DNA of 64,000 nt. It comes from Gammaproteobacteria bacterium. Its GTDB lineage: Bacteria > Pseudomonadota > Gammaproteobacteria > JAADGQ01. Below, piece by piece: positions 38,197-48,096 of the stretch. Within the stretch, counting starts at the first letter, position 1, and every line of letters starts with the position of its first letter. The position numbers were made by a program, and so were the translations under genes. Below the pieces are notes generated by a model that had not been told where the DNA came from, did no database searches, and saw nothing but the letters and a program-made list of their open reading frames with translations. The stretch spans positions 8,433 through 72,432 of the forward strand of contig WFXF01000002.1 of NCBI GenBank assembly GCA_015490755.1, given 5' to 3'.

Positions 38197-39639
38197 TTAT
38201 TTCCTCTTGTTAAGTTCTGGTATTGACAATGACGCGTGTATATTGCGTACAGTTTTGAGTGTCGGACGATACAGGCGGGCACGTTCGGCCAGAGCATCGG
38301 CCCATTGATTCAAGCTCTCATGGTTGCTTTGGTCGGAATCATAATGAAAAGCCAGGCCATCAATATGGGTGTATTTGGTGAGGTCTTCGTAGATATCACC
38401 GACAAGTTGCAAGGCTTGCTGGCTGTTTTTCGATACGAGTTGATTCAATGGAAAATCATAGGCCATGAGAGGCAATGAAGCGTAGACCTTTACTCCAGTG
38501 CGAGTTCGTAGTTGCCAGGCCACACGGCTGAATAGATCGGCCTGCATCGGAAGGTGGCGATTGGGAAAATAGAGTGCATCAGCATTGCCGTCTTTATTGG
38601 TATCGGTATAAGCTGATAGATAGACGGTATTGGCTTTAATTGCCTTAACACGATCTAGCAGAAATCCCAGATTCTTTTCTTGTTGTTTAGGGTTTGGGTC
38701 GTAAATATCATCGAGACTCAGATAGACTGAACGTACGGGTTCAATATCGGGTTTGTAGTGGTTGTTGATTTGCCATACAAAATCAGCCAGTGTGATGCCG
38801 TGGCCAATCAATAGGCGGTTTAAACTGCCAAGGTTTTTAATATCTATTGGGCCATCTTCAAGGCTCATTGTGATGGGCATACCAACTTCATTGGCAATGT
38901 TGTTGGTAATGCGATTATAAGCGCCGTAAGGCCACACCATGACTCGTGGTTTATGACCTGTTTTACGAGCAATAAGGTCAGAGTTTCGTTGCAGATCGTT
39001 GCGAATACGTTGTTTGTATTGCTCGTCACTTTCGTAGCTATTTGTATCGGCGTTATAATGTCGGCTGACAGCTGCTGGCCGACTGTTTTTTTGTGGGTTT
39101 GCGATGATGCCATGATGCAGGTTATAGCTATGTGAAGCTATTTCCACGTATCCAGAGTTTGCCATCTCGCGTATCTGATCCCAATTTAGAAAATATTTAC
39201 GTGCTATGAGATCGCTGCCATACATCACTTGTCTGCTCGCAGGTACTTCTATCCATTTTCCAACGACTGCGATCACGGCTTGATAGTCAAATATGCGCAA
39301 CAATGGATAGACCTGTTCATACATTCCACGATAGGCATCATCAAAAGTGAGTAGAACGGCCTTATCTGGTAGAGCGCGCTTTCCCTTCTGTGCATCCAGC
39401 AAATCATCAATTCCTACGGATTCATAACCGTGCTCTTTGAGCCAGGAAAACTGCTTGGCCAATTCAGATGTTGTTATTGCCATGGCTGTGAAATTTTTAT
39501 CATGATTAAGCGAATGGCTTGTTTCGTGGTACGAAAGTACGATTAAATCTGCTTTGACAGGTGCAGTGATCATCACTATTAGTAATGACACCATGCCCCA
39601 TAGGTAATGCTCTGTTTTTTTTATTTTTTTCATGGTCAA
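38197..39639 (-). CDS. pgaB: poly-beta-1,6-N-acetyl-D-glucosamine N-deacetylase PgaB (shorter than E. coli PgaB)
   Basis: A signal peptide, an N-terminal CE4 deacetylase domain (TFDD…) and a C-terminal GH-like domain; 480 aa. Confidence 0.85.
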   Translation of the reverse strand: MTMKKIKKTEHYLWGMVSLLIVMITAPVKADLIVLSYHETSHSLNHDKNFTAMAITTSELAKQFSWLKEHGYESVGIDDLLDAQKGKRALPDKAVLLTFDDAYRGMYEQVYPLLRIFDYQAVIAVVGKWIEVPASRQVMYGSDLIARKYFLNWDQIREMANSGYVEIASHSYNLHHGIIANPQKNSRPAAVSRHYNADTNSYESDEQYKQRIRNDLQRNSDLIARKTGHKPRVMVWPYGAYNRITNNIANEVGMPITMSLEDGPIDIKNLGSLNRLLIGHGITLADFVWQINNHYKPDIEPVRSVYLSLDDIYDPNPKQQEKNLGFLLDRVKAIKANTVYLSAYTDTNKDGNADALYFPNRHLPMQADLFSRVAWQLRTRTGVKVYASLPLMAYDFPLNQLVSKNSQQALQLVGDIYEDLTKYTHIDGLAFHYDSDQSNHESLNQWADALAERARLYRPTLKTVRNIHASLSIPELNKRK

Positions 39640-41720
39640 AACCTAACGTAAAAGTTCATAAATCCACGAGTGAAGTACTCCTTGATACCATCGTAGACGG
39701 GGCGAGAGCGTTTGATTCCATAACTTAAACTCAGTTGTTGACTGAAACTCCAGTGGTGCTCATATCCCAGCATCCACGTGGATTCTTTATTAAAGTTTTT
39801 CTGATTGCTTGATCCCATATTGATTAAAAGACGTTGACGCATCGACTTTTCATAATAGCGATAAGTCAACCATTCATTGTTAAACTCCAGTTCGATAGAG
39901 CTTTGTGTGGCGGGATTGAAGTAAATGGCGTTATTGATTGTGTTGGTTTGGCTATAGAGGTTGAGCTCTCCTTCCAGTTTGTAGTGCAGACCCTGGAATA
40001 GGCGTTGGCGGCCAAAAGCGAAAAAGGTATTTCGTTTGTTGCCATCATCAAAGCCCATATGTTGCAATGAAATGCCTAAACTGCGACTTTCGTGAAAACG
40101 ATACTCTGTGCTTGCTGTTAGTGACCAGGCTTCAATGTTATCCAGGTCGGCGCGTAAGGGGGTTTGCTCACTGAAGCTTTTCATGGAAAGGCTTCCATAC
40201 CAATGATCCGTAGGTATCCAGTCACCTTGCAGTGATATGCCTGGAGAGCCATCACCACCACTGATGTTGCCGCGAAGCATAATATCCTGTTGTTGATAAT
40301 GCAGCCCGATAGCTAAACGGCTACGGTTGACTTTTTGTCCAGAAAAATCAGCCTGGCTTTGGGAAATATAAGCAAAAGGGCGTAACCCAAGGCTCCATGG
40401 CTGATCATAATAATAGGCGATAAATCCTAGGTCTTTGTTGCCTTTATCAATATTAGTGCCACTACTGGAGCCGCCATTGACTTCCAGCCATATCTCGCGC
40501 ATTTTTTGAATCTTTGATTCGCGTACCAAGTTTTGTATAGAAGGGTCATCGCCATACAGCGTTTGCAGTGGAGCCAGTGCCATATCAGCTCCAGCGAAAT
40601 CACCACGAGCAGTGAGCACACTGACAATACCCTTAAGAGCTCCCAGGTTTCCTGAATTTTGAGCCAGTACGGAACGGTACTCTTTTAACGCCAATCGTGG
40701 CCAGCCTCGCCATAAATATATATTGGCAAGATTGTTTCTTATGTCTACGTTAGTCGGGGATTGTTTCAATAATCTCTTGAGACCATACTCCGCGGCATCT
40801 AACTTTCCAACATAGGCGCGTGCAATGCTAGCAGTATTCTGAGCGTATAATTTATCAATATTAAGCTGTCGCTCTTTACTGCCAGGAGGCCATATCCACT
40901 GTGGTAGCGACGCTGCAAAAGCATCAATATGGGTGAGTGATTTTTTATAGCGACCAGACTCTAAATAAGCATAGTATAGAGAGTATTGGGCATCTAAATT
41001 TTCGGAGTAATTTTTAAGGGATTGTTCCAGTAAGGTGGTTGCACGTTCTGGTTGGCGTAACATGAGGTAAGCATCACCAACGATTGCTTGCACGTAGGGT
41101 GGGAAAGTTTTTACACTCAATTGCTCGTAGAGTGCAATGGCTTTGTGCATATAGCGCCGATTGTGATAGGCGGCTATAAGGTCGAAACGGTTACGCAGAG
41201 CCGCAGAAGATGCTTTGTCAGTTATTTTTACATACTGCTCTTGCAGTCGCTTAATGGCGGAATCGGTGTTTTGATAGCGTTTGCTGGGGTCAATTGTGGC
41301 CAATCGTCCCCAACGTATCTCCTCTGCCGCTTGATCTCCCACCATTTTCTGCCACTCGTCAGGGCTAAAAAGATCACGATTGTCATGCGCCAGGCGTAGT
41401 GCCTGGTGAGGGGCTCCCAAGTGTAGTAAAGCTAAAATCCGGCCACGTTTAGCGCCGCGATGGCTGGGTTGTATTGTGAGTAGTCGATCATAAATAGCAA
41501 TGGCGGCGGCATAATTGTGGTTGGTTTCTTTTTCATGGGCTTGTGTCTCCAGTAGTTCCACAGAGCCCAGAGGCGGTTTGGCTTCTGTTGTTTCCGAGTA
41601 CATAACTACGCAGAGAAACAATGCAGCAATAGATCGCAATAACAAAGAAGAAGGTTGTGGGCTGTAGTTTAATTGTCCACATGTTCTGGTATTTTTTATT
41701 TTAATTATATTCATCATCAT
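39636..41720 (-). CDS. pgaA: PGA export outer-membrane porin PgaA (TPR + beta-barrel)
   Basis: 694 aa with N-terminal TPR repeats and a C-terminal porin domain ending in an aromatic residue (…YVRF). First gene of the pga operon. Confidence 0.85.
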   Translation of the reverse strand: MMMNIIKIKNTRTCGQLNYSPQPSSLLLRSIAALFLCVVMYSETTEAKPPLGSVELLETQAHEKETNHNYAAAIAIYDRLLTIQPSHRGAKRGRILALLHLGAPHQALRLAHDNRDLFSPDEWQKMVGDQAAEEIRWGRLATIDPSKRYQNTDSAIKRLQEQYVKITDKASSAALRNRFDLIAAYHNRRYMHKAIALYEQLSVKTFPPYVQAIVGDAYLMLRQPERATTLLEQSLKNYSENLDAQYSLYYAYLESGRYKKSLTHIDAFAASLPQWIWPPGSKERQLNIDKLYAQNTASIARAYVGKLDAAEYGLKRLLKQSPTNVDIRNNLANIYLWRGWPRLALKEYRSVLAQNSGNLGALKGIVSVLTARGDFAGADMALAPLQTLYGDDPSIQNLVRESKIQKMREIWLEVNGGSSSGTNIDKGNKDLGFIAYYYDQPWSLGLRPFAYISQSQADFSGQKVNRSRLAIGLHYQQQDIMLRGNISGGDGSPGISLQGDWIPTDHWYGSLSMKSFSEQTPLRADLDNIEAWSLTASTEYRFHESRSLGISLQHMGFDDGNKRNTFFAFGRQRLFQGLHYKLEGELNLYSQTNTINNAIYFNPATQSSIELEFNNEWLTYRYYEKSMRQRLLINMGSSNQKNFNKESTWMLGYEHHWSFSQQLSLSYGIKRSRPVYDGIKEYFTRGFMNFYVRF

Positions 41721-41828
41721 CTTTTTTTATTTTTAATGATGATGCTAGATTAGCTATATAAGCTTAAATAAACCTTAATAAAAACAGTTGATTGGTTTTT
41801 GTCTATTTTATTAGTCTATTTATGAAGA

Positions 41829-42623
41829 TCAGTTTTTGATTGATGCCGCTTTGCCACGAAGCAGTGATGGTTGATTGATACTTCTTAATTTACTCAAAGC
41901 TTCTTTTTGGTTAACAACATCTTTCATTGCTTTTTTAAAAAAAGAGCGAAGTGAGCCTTTCAGGTGAGCATTGACCTCTGATATGGGAATCTGCTTCAAA
42001 ACACAGAATATTGCTAGAGCATAGGTAACTTCTGTTTCATCCAGAAAGCCGTCGCGATCCATTGCAGGGGAGCGGCAACGGCCACAACCTCCTCCACGAT
42101 AGGGGTGGGCTGTATTGGCCATCATCAATCCAAACCCCATGTAGGCGCTGACTACTTCCATGATATGAGGCCATTGCTCTTCATCACAGGGGGGACGCTC
42201 TTGAGCCTGACACCCCAAATGATGAGCAATAGCATGAGCATAATTGGCGATCATTGCTTGTGGGTTGCCCACTTGCTGGGGTTCATAAAGTAGTGGCAAT
42301 TTTAGTTCTGAGGGGCTTTCGAGAACTTGCTGTATATTGGGTTCAGCAGTGGGATCAGAGTGATAGTAATGTTGATTGATAAGACGCGTTGGCCAATGAT
42401 TCACTCCCGCATAGCTTTTAACTCGATCCAAAATGAGTGCCGCCATGCTATCGACGCTATTTTCTCGGCCAGGAAAATGTTGGTCAGAGGGGGTTACCAG
42501 TATCGACTCTTTGTAAAAAGTATCTGTGCCAAAATTTTTCAGCGACCAGGCGAATGCACTAAAGAGCCATTTGATAACTTCTTCTTCAAGTAGTGGTTGT
42601 TTTTTGAATAGACTGAATACCAT
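41829..42623 (-). CDS. hypothetical protein, His/Cys-rich (HAIAHHLGC… CGRCRSP)
   Basis: 264-aa ORF with no recognisable family, lying immediately downstream of pilW. Confidence 0.55.
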   Translation of the reverse strand: MVFSLFKKQPLLEEEVIKWLFSAFAWSLKNFGTDTFYKESILVTPSDQHFPGRENSVDSMAALILDRVKSYAGVNHWPTRLINQHYYHSDPTAEPNIQQVLESPSELKLPLLYEPQQVGNPQAMIANYAHAIAHHLGCQAQERPPCDEEQWPHIMEVVSAYMGFGLMMANTAHPYRGGGCGRCRSPAMDRDGFLDETEVTYALAIFCVLKQIPISEVNAHLKGSLRSFFKKAMKDVVNQKEALSKLRSINQPSLLRGKAASIKN

Positions 42624-42691
42624 TTTGTGTCACTCTAAATTGACTTCTGTATGTTGAGTATAACGAGAGCTTGCCCATGCTGAAAGTTGCT

Positions 42692-43246
42692 TTAACTGGG
42701 GTTAGGCAGTTTGATTGTTGTGGTGAAGAGCTTTTGTTGCATGATGAGCGTAATACGTACACTGATGATGTTACTTGTCGTGGGTGTGTCTGTGTAGCGA
42801 TTGACCGAGCCATTGCTGCCTTCACCGAACAAAAACTGTATTTCATCAATGCCGTTGACCAGAGGTTGGGGGTAGCCACCATTGCCATTACACATGAGGG
42901 TATTGTCTTTTAAATAGTATTGGTTGATAACAGGTTGCTCGGTATTTTTGAGCTGATTGTTATTACAATCACGAGGTGCGTTGTAGGAAATCTCAAGGCG
43001 TTCATCACCTGTTTCTTCGTTAAGAGTGACGGTGTTGGCTAAGCGAAGATTATTGCTGATAAACACGATAGCAAGGCGGCTATTTTCAAGTAGGCGTGCC
43101 ATATTTTCATGGTAGAGATAGCTCTGTTTTGTTGTAATAAATATTTGCCATAAACCAGCGGAAATGGTGCTGGTAAGTGCTGTGGCGATTACCAGCTCTA
43201 TGAGTGTGAGTCCTGTTTGCTTTCTGGAAAAATAATTTTTTACCAT
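42692..43246 (-). CDS. pilW: type IV pilus minor pilin PilW-like
   Basis: A prepilin N-terminal methylation motif (GLTLIELVIA) and PilW-type …NSRLAIVFISNNLRLAN. Confidence 0.75.
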   Translation of the reverse strand: MVKNYFSRKQTGLTLIELVIATALTSTISAGLWQIFITTKQSYLYHENMARLLENSRLAIVFISNNLRLANTVTLNEETGDERLEISYNAPRDCNNNQLKNTEQPVINQYYLKDNTLMCNGNGGYPQPLVNGIDEIQFLFGEGSNGSVNRYTDTPTTSNIISVRITLIMQQKLFTTTIKLPNPS

Positions 43247-43695
43247 TACAGGTCAAACTCCAGCTGAACAGAGTGACTGTTTTGTGGATCAGCTTTGTTG
43301 AGCCAGTTGATTTTAATGCTAAAACTGTTCGCCGTACTCTTTGTGATGGTTCCTGTGCCTTCAGGCAGCAGTGATTTTATATTTTGTTGCCATTCATAAA
43401 TATCGTATTGTGCAATTTCTTCTGGAAAGCAGCTTCTAAGGTGGCAGTCAGGTTTGCTTGAAACGTTGCTTATATTTTTGTAACTGTATGCGGTGTTAGA
43501 TTTCATGCGTTCAGCCATGTCATGTGCTTGAAGGGTTGCCTGGGTGAGCAGATAAGCTTGGTGACTGGTTTGAAGGCTTTTAATTTGTAGGTTGGCGAGC
43601 GCCAGCAATCCTGTTGAAAGCACCAAAAGGGCAATAAGCACTTCGATCAAGGAAAACGCACGTAATCCTCGCCTGTCTGTTTTTAACTGACTCAT
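43246..43695 (-). CDS. pilV: type IV pilus minor pilin PilV
   Basis: The motif RAFSLIEVLIALLVLSTGLLALANLQ is typical of PilV. Confidence 0.8.
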   Translation of the reverse strand: MSQLKTDRRGLRAFSLIEVLIALLVLSTGLLALANLQIKSLQTSHQAYLLTQATLQAHDMAERMKSNTAYSYKNISNVSSKPDCHLRSCFPEEIAQYDIYEWQQNIKSLLPEGTGTITKSTANSFSIKINWLNKADPQNSHSVQLEFDL

Positions 43696-43771
43696 CGTAT
43701 CTCATCCTTGAGATTGCAACGGTGAATGTATTTAGTTTGTGATCGCGCGGCATCCTGCGCCGCTACAGTTT

Positions 43772-44647
43772 TTATTTTTGGGTAGGCTCCCAAGAATTAA
43801 TATGAACTCTTTTTTGAACCATATAAGTTTTTGTCGGTGTATTCATTAGTAATGGATTTTTTTGTTTTACAAGCTCTGATACGGCGACTAGCTCGATCCC
43901 CTGGCTTTTGAGGCGAGGCAACTCTTTTTTTAACATATTAATAGTTTCAGGAAAGGGGTGACCAATTGCAAGTGCATAGCCTCTTTTCCTGGCGAGTTTG
44001 AGTAGTTTTCTATATTGTTGACGGATCTTGTTCGGGTTGACCCATGTGTCCAGAAAAATATCCCGTTGCAAGCTGGGGATCTGGGTTTCTTGTGCAACTT
44101 TATGTGCGGCAGAACGGCTGGCTGTACGGCTGTCGATAAAAAATAGATTACCTTGCTGATAAACCGCATTCATAACCCATTGCATGTGCCCTGGATGGCG
44201 GGTGAGAAGGCTGCCCATATGGTTGTTAATTCCTATTGCATGAGGAATGGATTGTAGGTTTGCACGCACAGTCTGCATAACTTCGGCTTCTGTCATATTA
44301 AGGTGTAAGCCGCCGTTACCCAGCTTGTTGCCATCAAGCGACTCCATGGGCTGATGCAGTAAAACTTCTTTTCCTTGCAGGAATGCTTTTGCTGCGAGCT
44401 TTTTGGCATGAGGCGTGTCAGGCAGAAATGCGTAGGCAACAGGCCCTGGCAAGTCAATCGCTCGTGAGTCACGCTTTAAGGTATAGCCCAGATCATCAAT
44501 AATAATGGCAATTTGTGGTAGTGTTGCCTGTTTGTTGACGGGCTGCGCGGACAGTAGTGTTGGGGAAAGTAGTAAAACAGCCCAAATTAATCTAATGCAG
44601 AGTCGCGTCCGTGCCTTACATGTGATTGCTTGCTTGTGTTGTATCAA
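43772..44647 (-). CDS. yibQ: divergent polysaccharide deacetylase family protein (YibQ-like)
   Basis: PF04748-like (IAIIIDDLGY…, …INNHMGS…). Downstream of ctpA, as with envC/yibQ in enterics. Confidence 0.88.
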   Translation of the reverse strand: MIQHKQAITCKARTRLCIRLIWAVLLLSPTLLSAQPVNKQATLPQIAIIIDDLGYTLKRDSRAIDLPGPVAYAFLPDTPHAKKLAAKAFLQGKEVLLHQPMESLDGNKLGNGGLHLNMTEAEVMQTVRANLQSIPHAIGINNHMGSLLTRHPGHMQWVMNAVYQQGNLFFIDSRTASRSAAHKVAQETQIPSLQRDIFLDTWVNPNKIRQQYRKLLKLARKRGYALAIGHPFPETINMLKKELPRLKSQGIELVAVSELVKQKNPLLMNTPTKTYMVQKRVHINSWEPTQK

Positions 44648-44652
44648 AGAGA

Positions 44653-45945
44653 TTAAATATCCTTTTGCAAAATGTAGAGTCCTTTCAGGAGGTTAAGTGC
44701 TTCATATAATGGGTAGTCATCATATGAAGAAGCGGAACCTTCTTGCTTGTTATCGGATTTGTCTATAGTTTCTTCATGTTCCAGATGACCTTTTAAATCT
44801 GCTTCAAAAACAGGTCTGTTTTCTGGTGAACTATCTTTAGCCAGTGTGAACTTTTCTAATAATACATCAGGTTCAATACCTTCTGCTTGAATTGAGCGGC
44901 CGGACGGTGTGTAGTAGCGTGCAGTGGTTAGCTTCAAGGCTGTACCGTTATTAATAGGCTGGATCGTTTGTACCGACCCTTTGCCAAAGGTTTTACTTCC
45001 CATAATTACCGCACGTTGATGATCTTGCAGTGCACCAGCAACAATTTCAGAGGCTGAAGCAGAGCCACCATTGACTAATACCACCATAGGGCGACCTTTA
45101 AGTATATCAGTGGGGGTGGTATTAAAGCGCATATCTGAATCGGCAACACGCCCTTCGGTATATACGATCAGCCCCTTTTTTAGAAATGCATCAGAGACTG
45201 CAACAGCAGCACTGAGCACACCGCCAGGATTATCACGTAGATCAAGTACTAATCCTTTTAGCTCCCCCTCTGACTTGTTACGGAGACGGCTGATATGACG
45301 CAGCAAACGTTCAGCCGTGCGACTTTGGAACTGGGTGATTCTGATATAGCCAAAGTGATCGTCGAGCATTCGGCTTTTAACACTTTTAACTTCAATAATA
45401 GCTCGTGTTATGGTGACATCAAAAGGCTGCTCTTCACTGTCGCGTACGATGGTAAGTGTGATTGTGCTGCCGGGTTCTCCTCTCATAAGCTTTATGGCTT
45501 CATTTAATGATAGGTCTTTGGTCGGTTTGTCATCAATGCGTATAATCAGGTCGCCGCTTTGAATTCCAGCACGTTTGGCGGGCGTGTCATCAATTGGTGC
45601 GATGACTTTGATGAGGTTGTTTTCTGTGCTAATTTCAATGCCCAGCCCTCCAAACTCGCCAGAAGTGCCAGCCTGCAACGCTTTGTATTCATCTTTATCA
45701 AGATAGGCTGAGTGTGGATCAAGACCTGCTAACATGCCGCGAATAGCATCTTCCAGTAACTTGCTGTCTTCTACGGGTTCAACATAATCATTTTTAATTC
45801 TATGCAATACTTGTGTGAAAGTTCGAAGTTCATCAAGAGGCAGTTTATCTGTTTCAACAGGATTTTCTGGTGTTGATTGAGCCCAGCCGGGTGATAAGTT
45901 TAAGCAGAGTATTAATAGCAGAAGGTAATTTTTGTAACACTTCAT
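44653..45945 (-). CDS. ctpA: carboxy-terminal processing protease (S41, with PDZ)
   Basis: A signal peptide, a PDZ domain, and a Ser/Lys dyad region (GGSASASEI… KTFGKGS). Confidence 0.92.
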   Translation of the reverse strand: MKCYKNYLLLLILCLNLSPGWAQSTPENPVETDKLPLDELRTFTQVLHRIKNDYVEPVEDSKLLEDAIRGMLAGLDPHSAYLDKDEYKALQAGTSGEFGGLGIEISTENNLIKVIAPIDDTPAKRAGIQSGDLIIRIDDKPTKDLSLNEAIKLMRGEPGSTITLTIVRDSEEQPFDVTITRAIIEVKSVKSRMLDDHFGYIRITQFQSRTAERLLRHISRLRNKSEGELKGLVLDLRDNPGGVLSAAVAVSDAFLKKGLIVYTEGRVADSDMRFNTTPTDILKGRPMVVLVNGGSASASEIVAGALQDHQRAVIMGSKTFGKGSVQTIQPINNGTALKLTTARYYTPSGRSIQAEGIEPDVLLEKFTLAKDSSPENRPVFEADLKGHLEHEETIDKSDNKQEGSASSYDDYPLYEALNLLKGLYILQKDI

Positions 45946-46205
45946 GATTGGTCTGGTTTTTTTTGATTGGAGTTCAGGGGTTCAAGGTGTTTGCTATCAC
46001 TAATTTTTCCCTCTTTTTCCAGCTGAAGAATTTCAGCATTGTGCAGCTCCTGGCTGATACCTGTTTTAGTATTTTGAACAAAGCGACGAGCTTTATTCAT
46101 CCAGCGGACCGACTTGCGTACTAATGAAGGGAACTCATCGGGGCCGACGATAAGCAGTGCGATAATGCCAATCAATGCAATTTCCCAAAAACCGATATCA
46201 AACAT
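45942..46205 (-). CDS. twin-arginine translocase TatA/TatB-family protein (TatB-like N-terminus MFDIGF)
   Basis: 87 aa: one TM, then an amphipathic helix, then an acidic tail. It follows hisE, and no tatC is adjacent. Confidence 0.7.
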   Translation of the reverse strand: MFDIGFWEIALIGIIALLIVGPDEFPSLVRKSVRWMNKARRFVQNTKTGISQELHNAEILQLEKEGKISDSKHLEPLNSNQKKPDQS

Positions 46206-46211
46206 GATTCT

Positions 46212-46529
46212 CTACTTTTTTCTCGCAGCTCTTTCTGCAATGCCTGAAGTACCAAAACGGCGCTCCAGTTCGCTCAGTATATGGTCGGGTGTCAGGTCAA
46301 AGTGGCTTAACATCACCATGGAATGAAACCATAGATCGGCTGTTTCATAAATGATCTGCTGTTTGTCACCATTCTTTGCGGCGATAACGGTTTCAGCAGC
46401 CTCTTCACCCACCTTTTTTAATATGGTGTCCAGCCCTTTTTTATGTAAGCTGGCGACATAGGATGATTCCGGGTCAGCGTCACGGCGCTCTTTGAGTATT
46501 CGGGCAAGATGGTTAAGAGTATCAGGCAT
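46212..46529 (-). CDS. hisE: phosphoribosyl-ATP pyrophosphatase
   Basis: 105-aa MazG-like HisE (…EEAAE…ETADLW…). Confidence 0.9.
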   Translation of the reverse strand: MPDTLNHLARILKERRDADPESSYVASLHKKGLDTILKKVGEEAAETVIAAKNGDKQQIIYETADLWFHSMVMLSHFDLTPDHILSELERRFGTSGIAERAARKK

Positions 46530-46594
46530 GATTATTAATATACTTTAAACAATGACATTGCAGACTACGTCATTCTTTAAAACAGCGCAAGCGA

Positions 46595-47194
46595 CTACTC
46601 CTTTTCTGCCAGAGAGAGATACATTTGATGGAGTTGTTGTACTTTGTTGTTGAGTTCAGCGCGACTCTTGTCATTAACAATAATATCATCGGCAGCTTTG
46701 ATGCGGGATGAACGATCTATTTGTGTTGCAATAATGGCATCAATCTCTTTTTTTGATAAACCACTTCGAGCCTGGACTCTTTTGTATTGTATGTTCGGCA
46801 GCACATCAATGACTAAAACTCTATCGACCAAATCTGTTTGTCTGGTTTCTAACAATAGTGGGATTTCAAGAATGCAGTAGGGTGTTTTTAATTGCGAAAT
46901 GCCATGTTGCATGGACTTTCTTATTAATGGATGCAAAATAGACTCTAGGGTCTCTTTTTTTTCTGGGTTTTGAAATATTATTTGTCGCATTTTATTGCGA
47001 TCAAGCTCTTTCGCCGGATTTAATACACCAATCCCGAAAGTATCAGTAATCTGTTTTAGCGCAGGTTTTCCAGGTTCGACAAGCTCTCTTGCAATCTGAT
47101 CTGCATCAATAACGGGGGCACCCAGCTTTTTGAAAAGAGCTGAGACGGTACTTTTTCCACTGCCGATTCCGCCAGTTAAACCTACAATGAACAT
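46595..47194 (-). CDS. coaE: dephospho-CoA kinase
   Basis: A P-loop (GLTGGIGSGKST); 199 aa. Conserved downstream of pilD. Confidence 0.92.
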   Translation of the reverse strand: MFIVGLTGGIGSGKSTVSALFKKLGAPVIDADQIARELVEPGKPALKQITDTFGIGVLNPAKELDRNKMRQIIFQNPEKKETLESILHPLIRKSMQHGISQLKTPYCILEIPLLLETRQTDLVDRVLVIDVLPNIQYKRVQARSGLSKKEIDAIIATQIDRSSRIKAADDIIVNDKSRAELNNKVQQLHQMYLSLAEKE

Positions 47195-47197
47195 CGT

Positions 47198-48088
47198 TTA
47201 AGCCAAGCCACTCCAGTGCATATAAATCTCAGTAATATCATTGCCCCAGAGCAGGCAGATCCAGCCCGCTGCAGCGAGATAAGGGCCAAATGGAATGGGT
47301 TTGCTTTTGTCGTGGTTTTTAAAAACGATCAACAGAACTCCAACAATGGCGCCGACTAATGATGACAATAAAATAATGATGGGCAACGCTTGCCAGCCCA
47401 TCCAGGCACCTAACAAAGCGAGTAATTTAAAATCACCATATCCCATGCCTTCTTTGCCAGTGAGTAATTTAAAAGCCCAATAAACAGACCATAAAATAAG
47501 GTAGCCTGAAATTGCACCAATAATGGCATCAACAGGTTGGGTGAATATGCCAAAGAGCGCCAGCAATAAACCGATCCAGACAAAGGGAAGAGTCAGGTTG
47601 TCAGGCAGAAGATAGTGGTCAAAATCAATCATGGTCAAACATATTAGAGCCCAGGTGAGCAAGAGTGCCGCGGCTGTTTGCCAGGTGAAACCAAAGTGCC
47701 ATGCAACAATAATTGAGAGCAGTGCAGTGATACCTTCAATAATGGGGTATCGGCAAGAGATATGAATGCCACATTTTGAGCATCGGCCACGCAGCAGCAG
47801 GTAGCTGATAATGGGGATATTCTCCCATGCCTTGATTGTATGGCCGCAAGATGGGCAGGTGGATCGTGGTATTGCAAGGTTGAAGGTGTCTGCTGTTTTT
47901 TTTGCAGGCTCGGTTCTCTGTTCATCTGTTTTAGTCAAGGCATCACATTGTGAGCGCCACTCCCTTTCCAGCATCACAGGCAGGCGATAAATCACCACAT
48001 TAAGAAAACTTCCGATAACTAAACCAAAAAGTCCCGTTACCATGATGAAGAGTAACGGTGACTCTTGCAGGTAAATGATTAAATGCAT
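47198..48088 (-). CDS. pilD: prepilin peptidase / N-methyltransferase (A24)
   Basis: An N-terminal tetra-Cys zinc motif (CPSCGH…CSKCG), catalytic Asp residues, and a polytopic topology. Confidence 0.92.
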   Translation of the reverse strand: MHLIIYLQESPLLFIMVTGLFGLVIGSFLNVVIYRLPVMLEREWRSQCDALTKTDEQRTEPAKKTADTFNLAIPRSTCPSCGHTIKAWENIPIISYLLLRGRCSKCGIHISCRYPIIEGITALLSIIVAWHFGFTWQTAAALLLTWALICLTMIDFDHYLLPDNLTLPFVWIGLLLALFGIFTQPVDAIIGAISGYLILWSVYWAFKLLTGKEGMGYGDFKLLALLGAWMGWQALPIIILLSSLVGAIVGVLLIVFKNHDKSKPIPFGPYLAAAGWICLLWGNDITEIYMHWSGLA

Positions 48089-48096
48089 TGTTTTTG

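Noticed and set aside
42586-42888. 100-aa minus-strand ORF bridging the 264-aa hypothetical gene and pilW
   Set aside because: It overlaps the 5' end of the 264-aa gene and the 3' end of pilW in another frame, and no similarity is discernible. I treat the 68-bp gap as intergenic.
43696-43771. Possible sigma-54 (GG-N10-GC) promoter upstream of pilV
   Set aside because: A TTGCA element is present, but no properly spaced TGGCAC-like -24 element was found on either strand.
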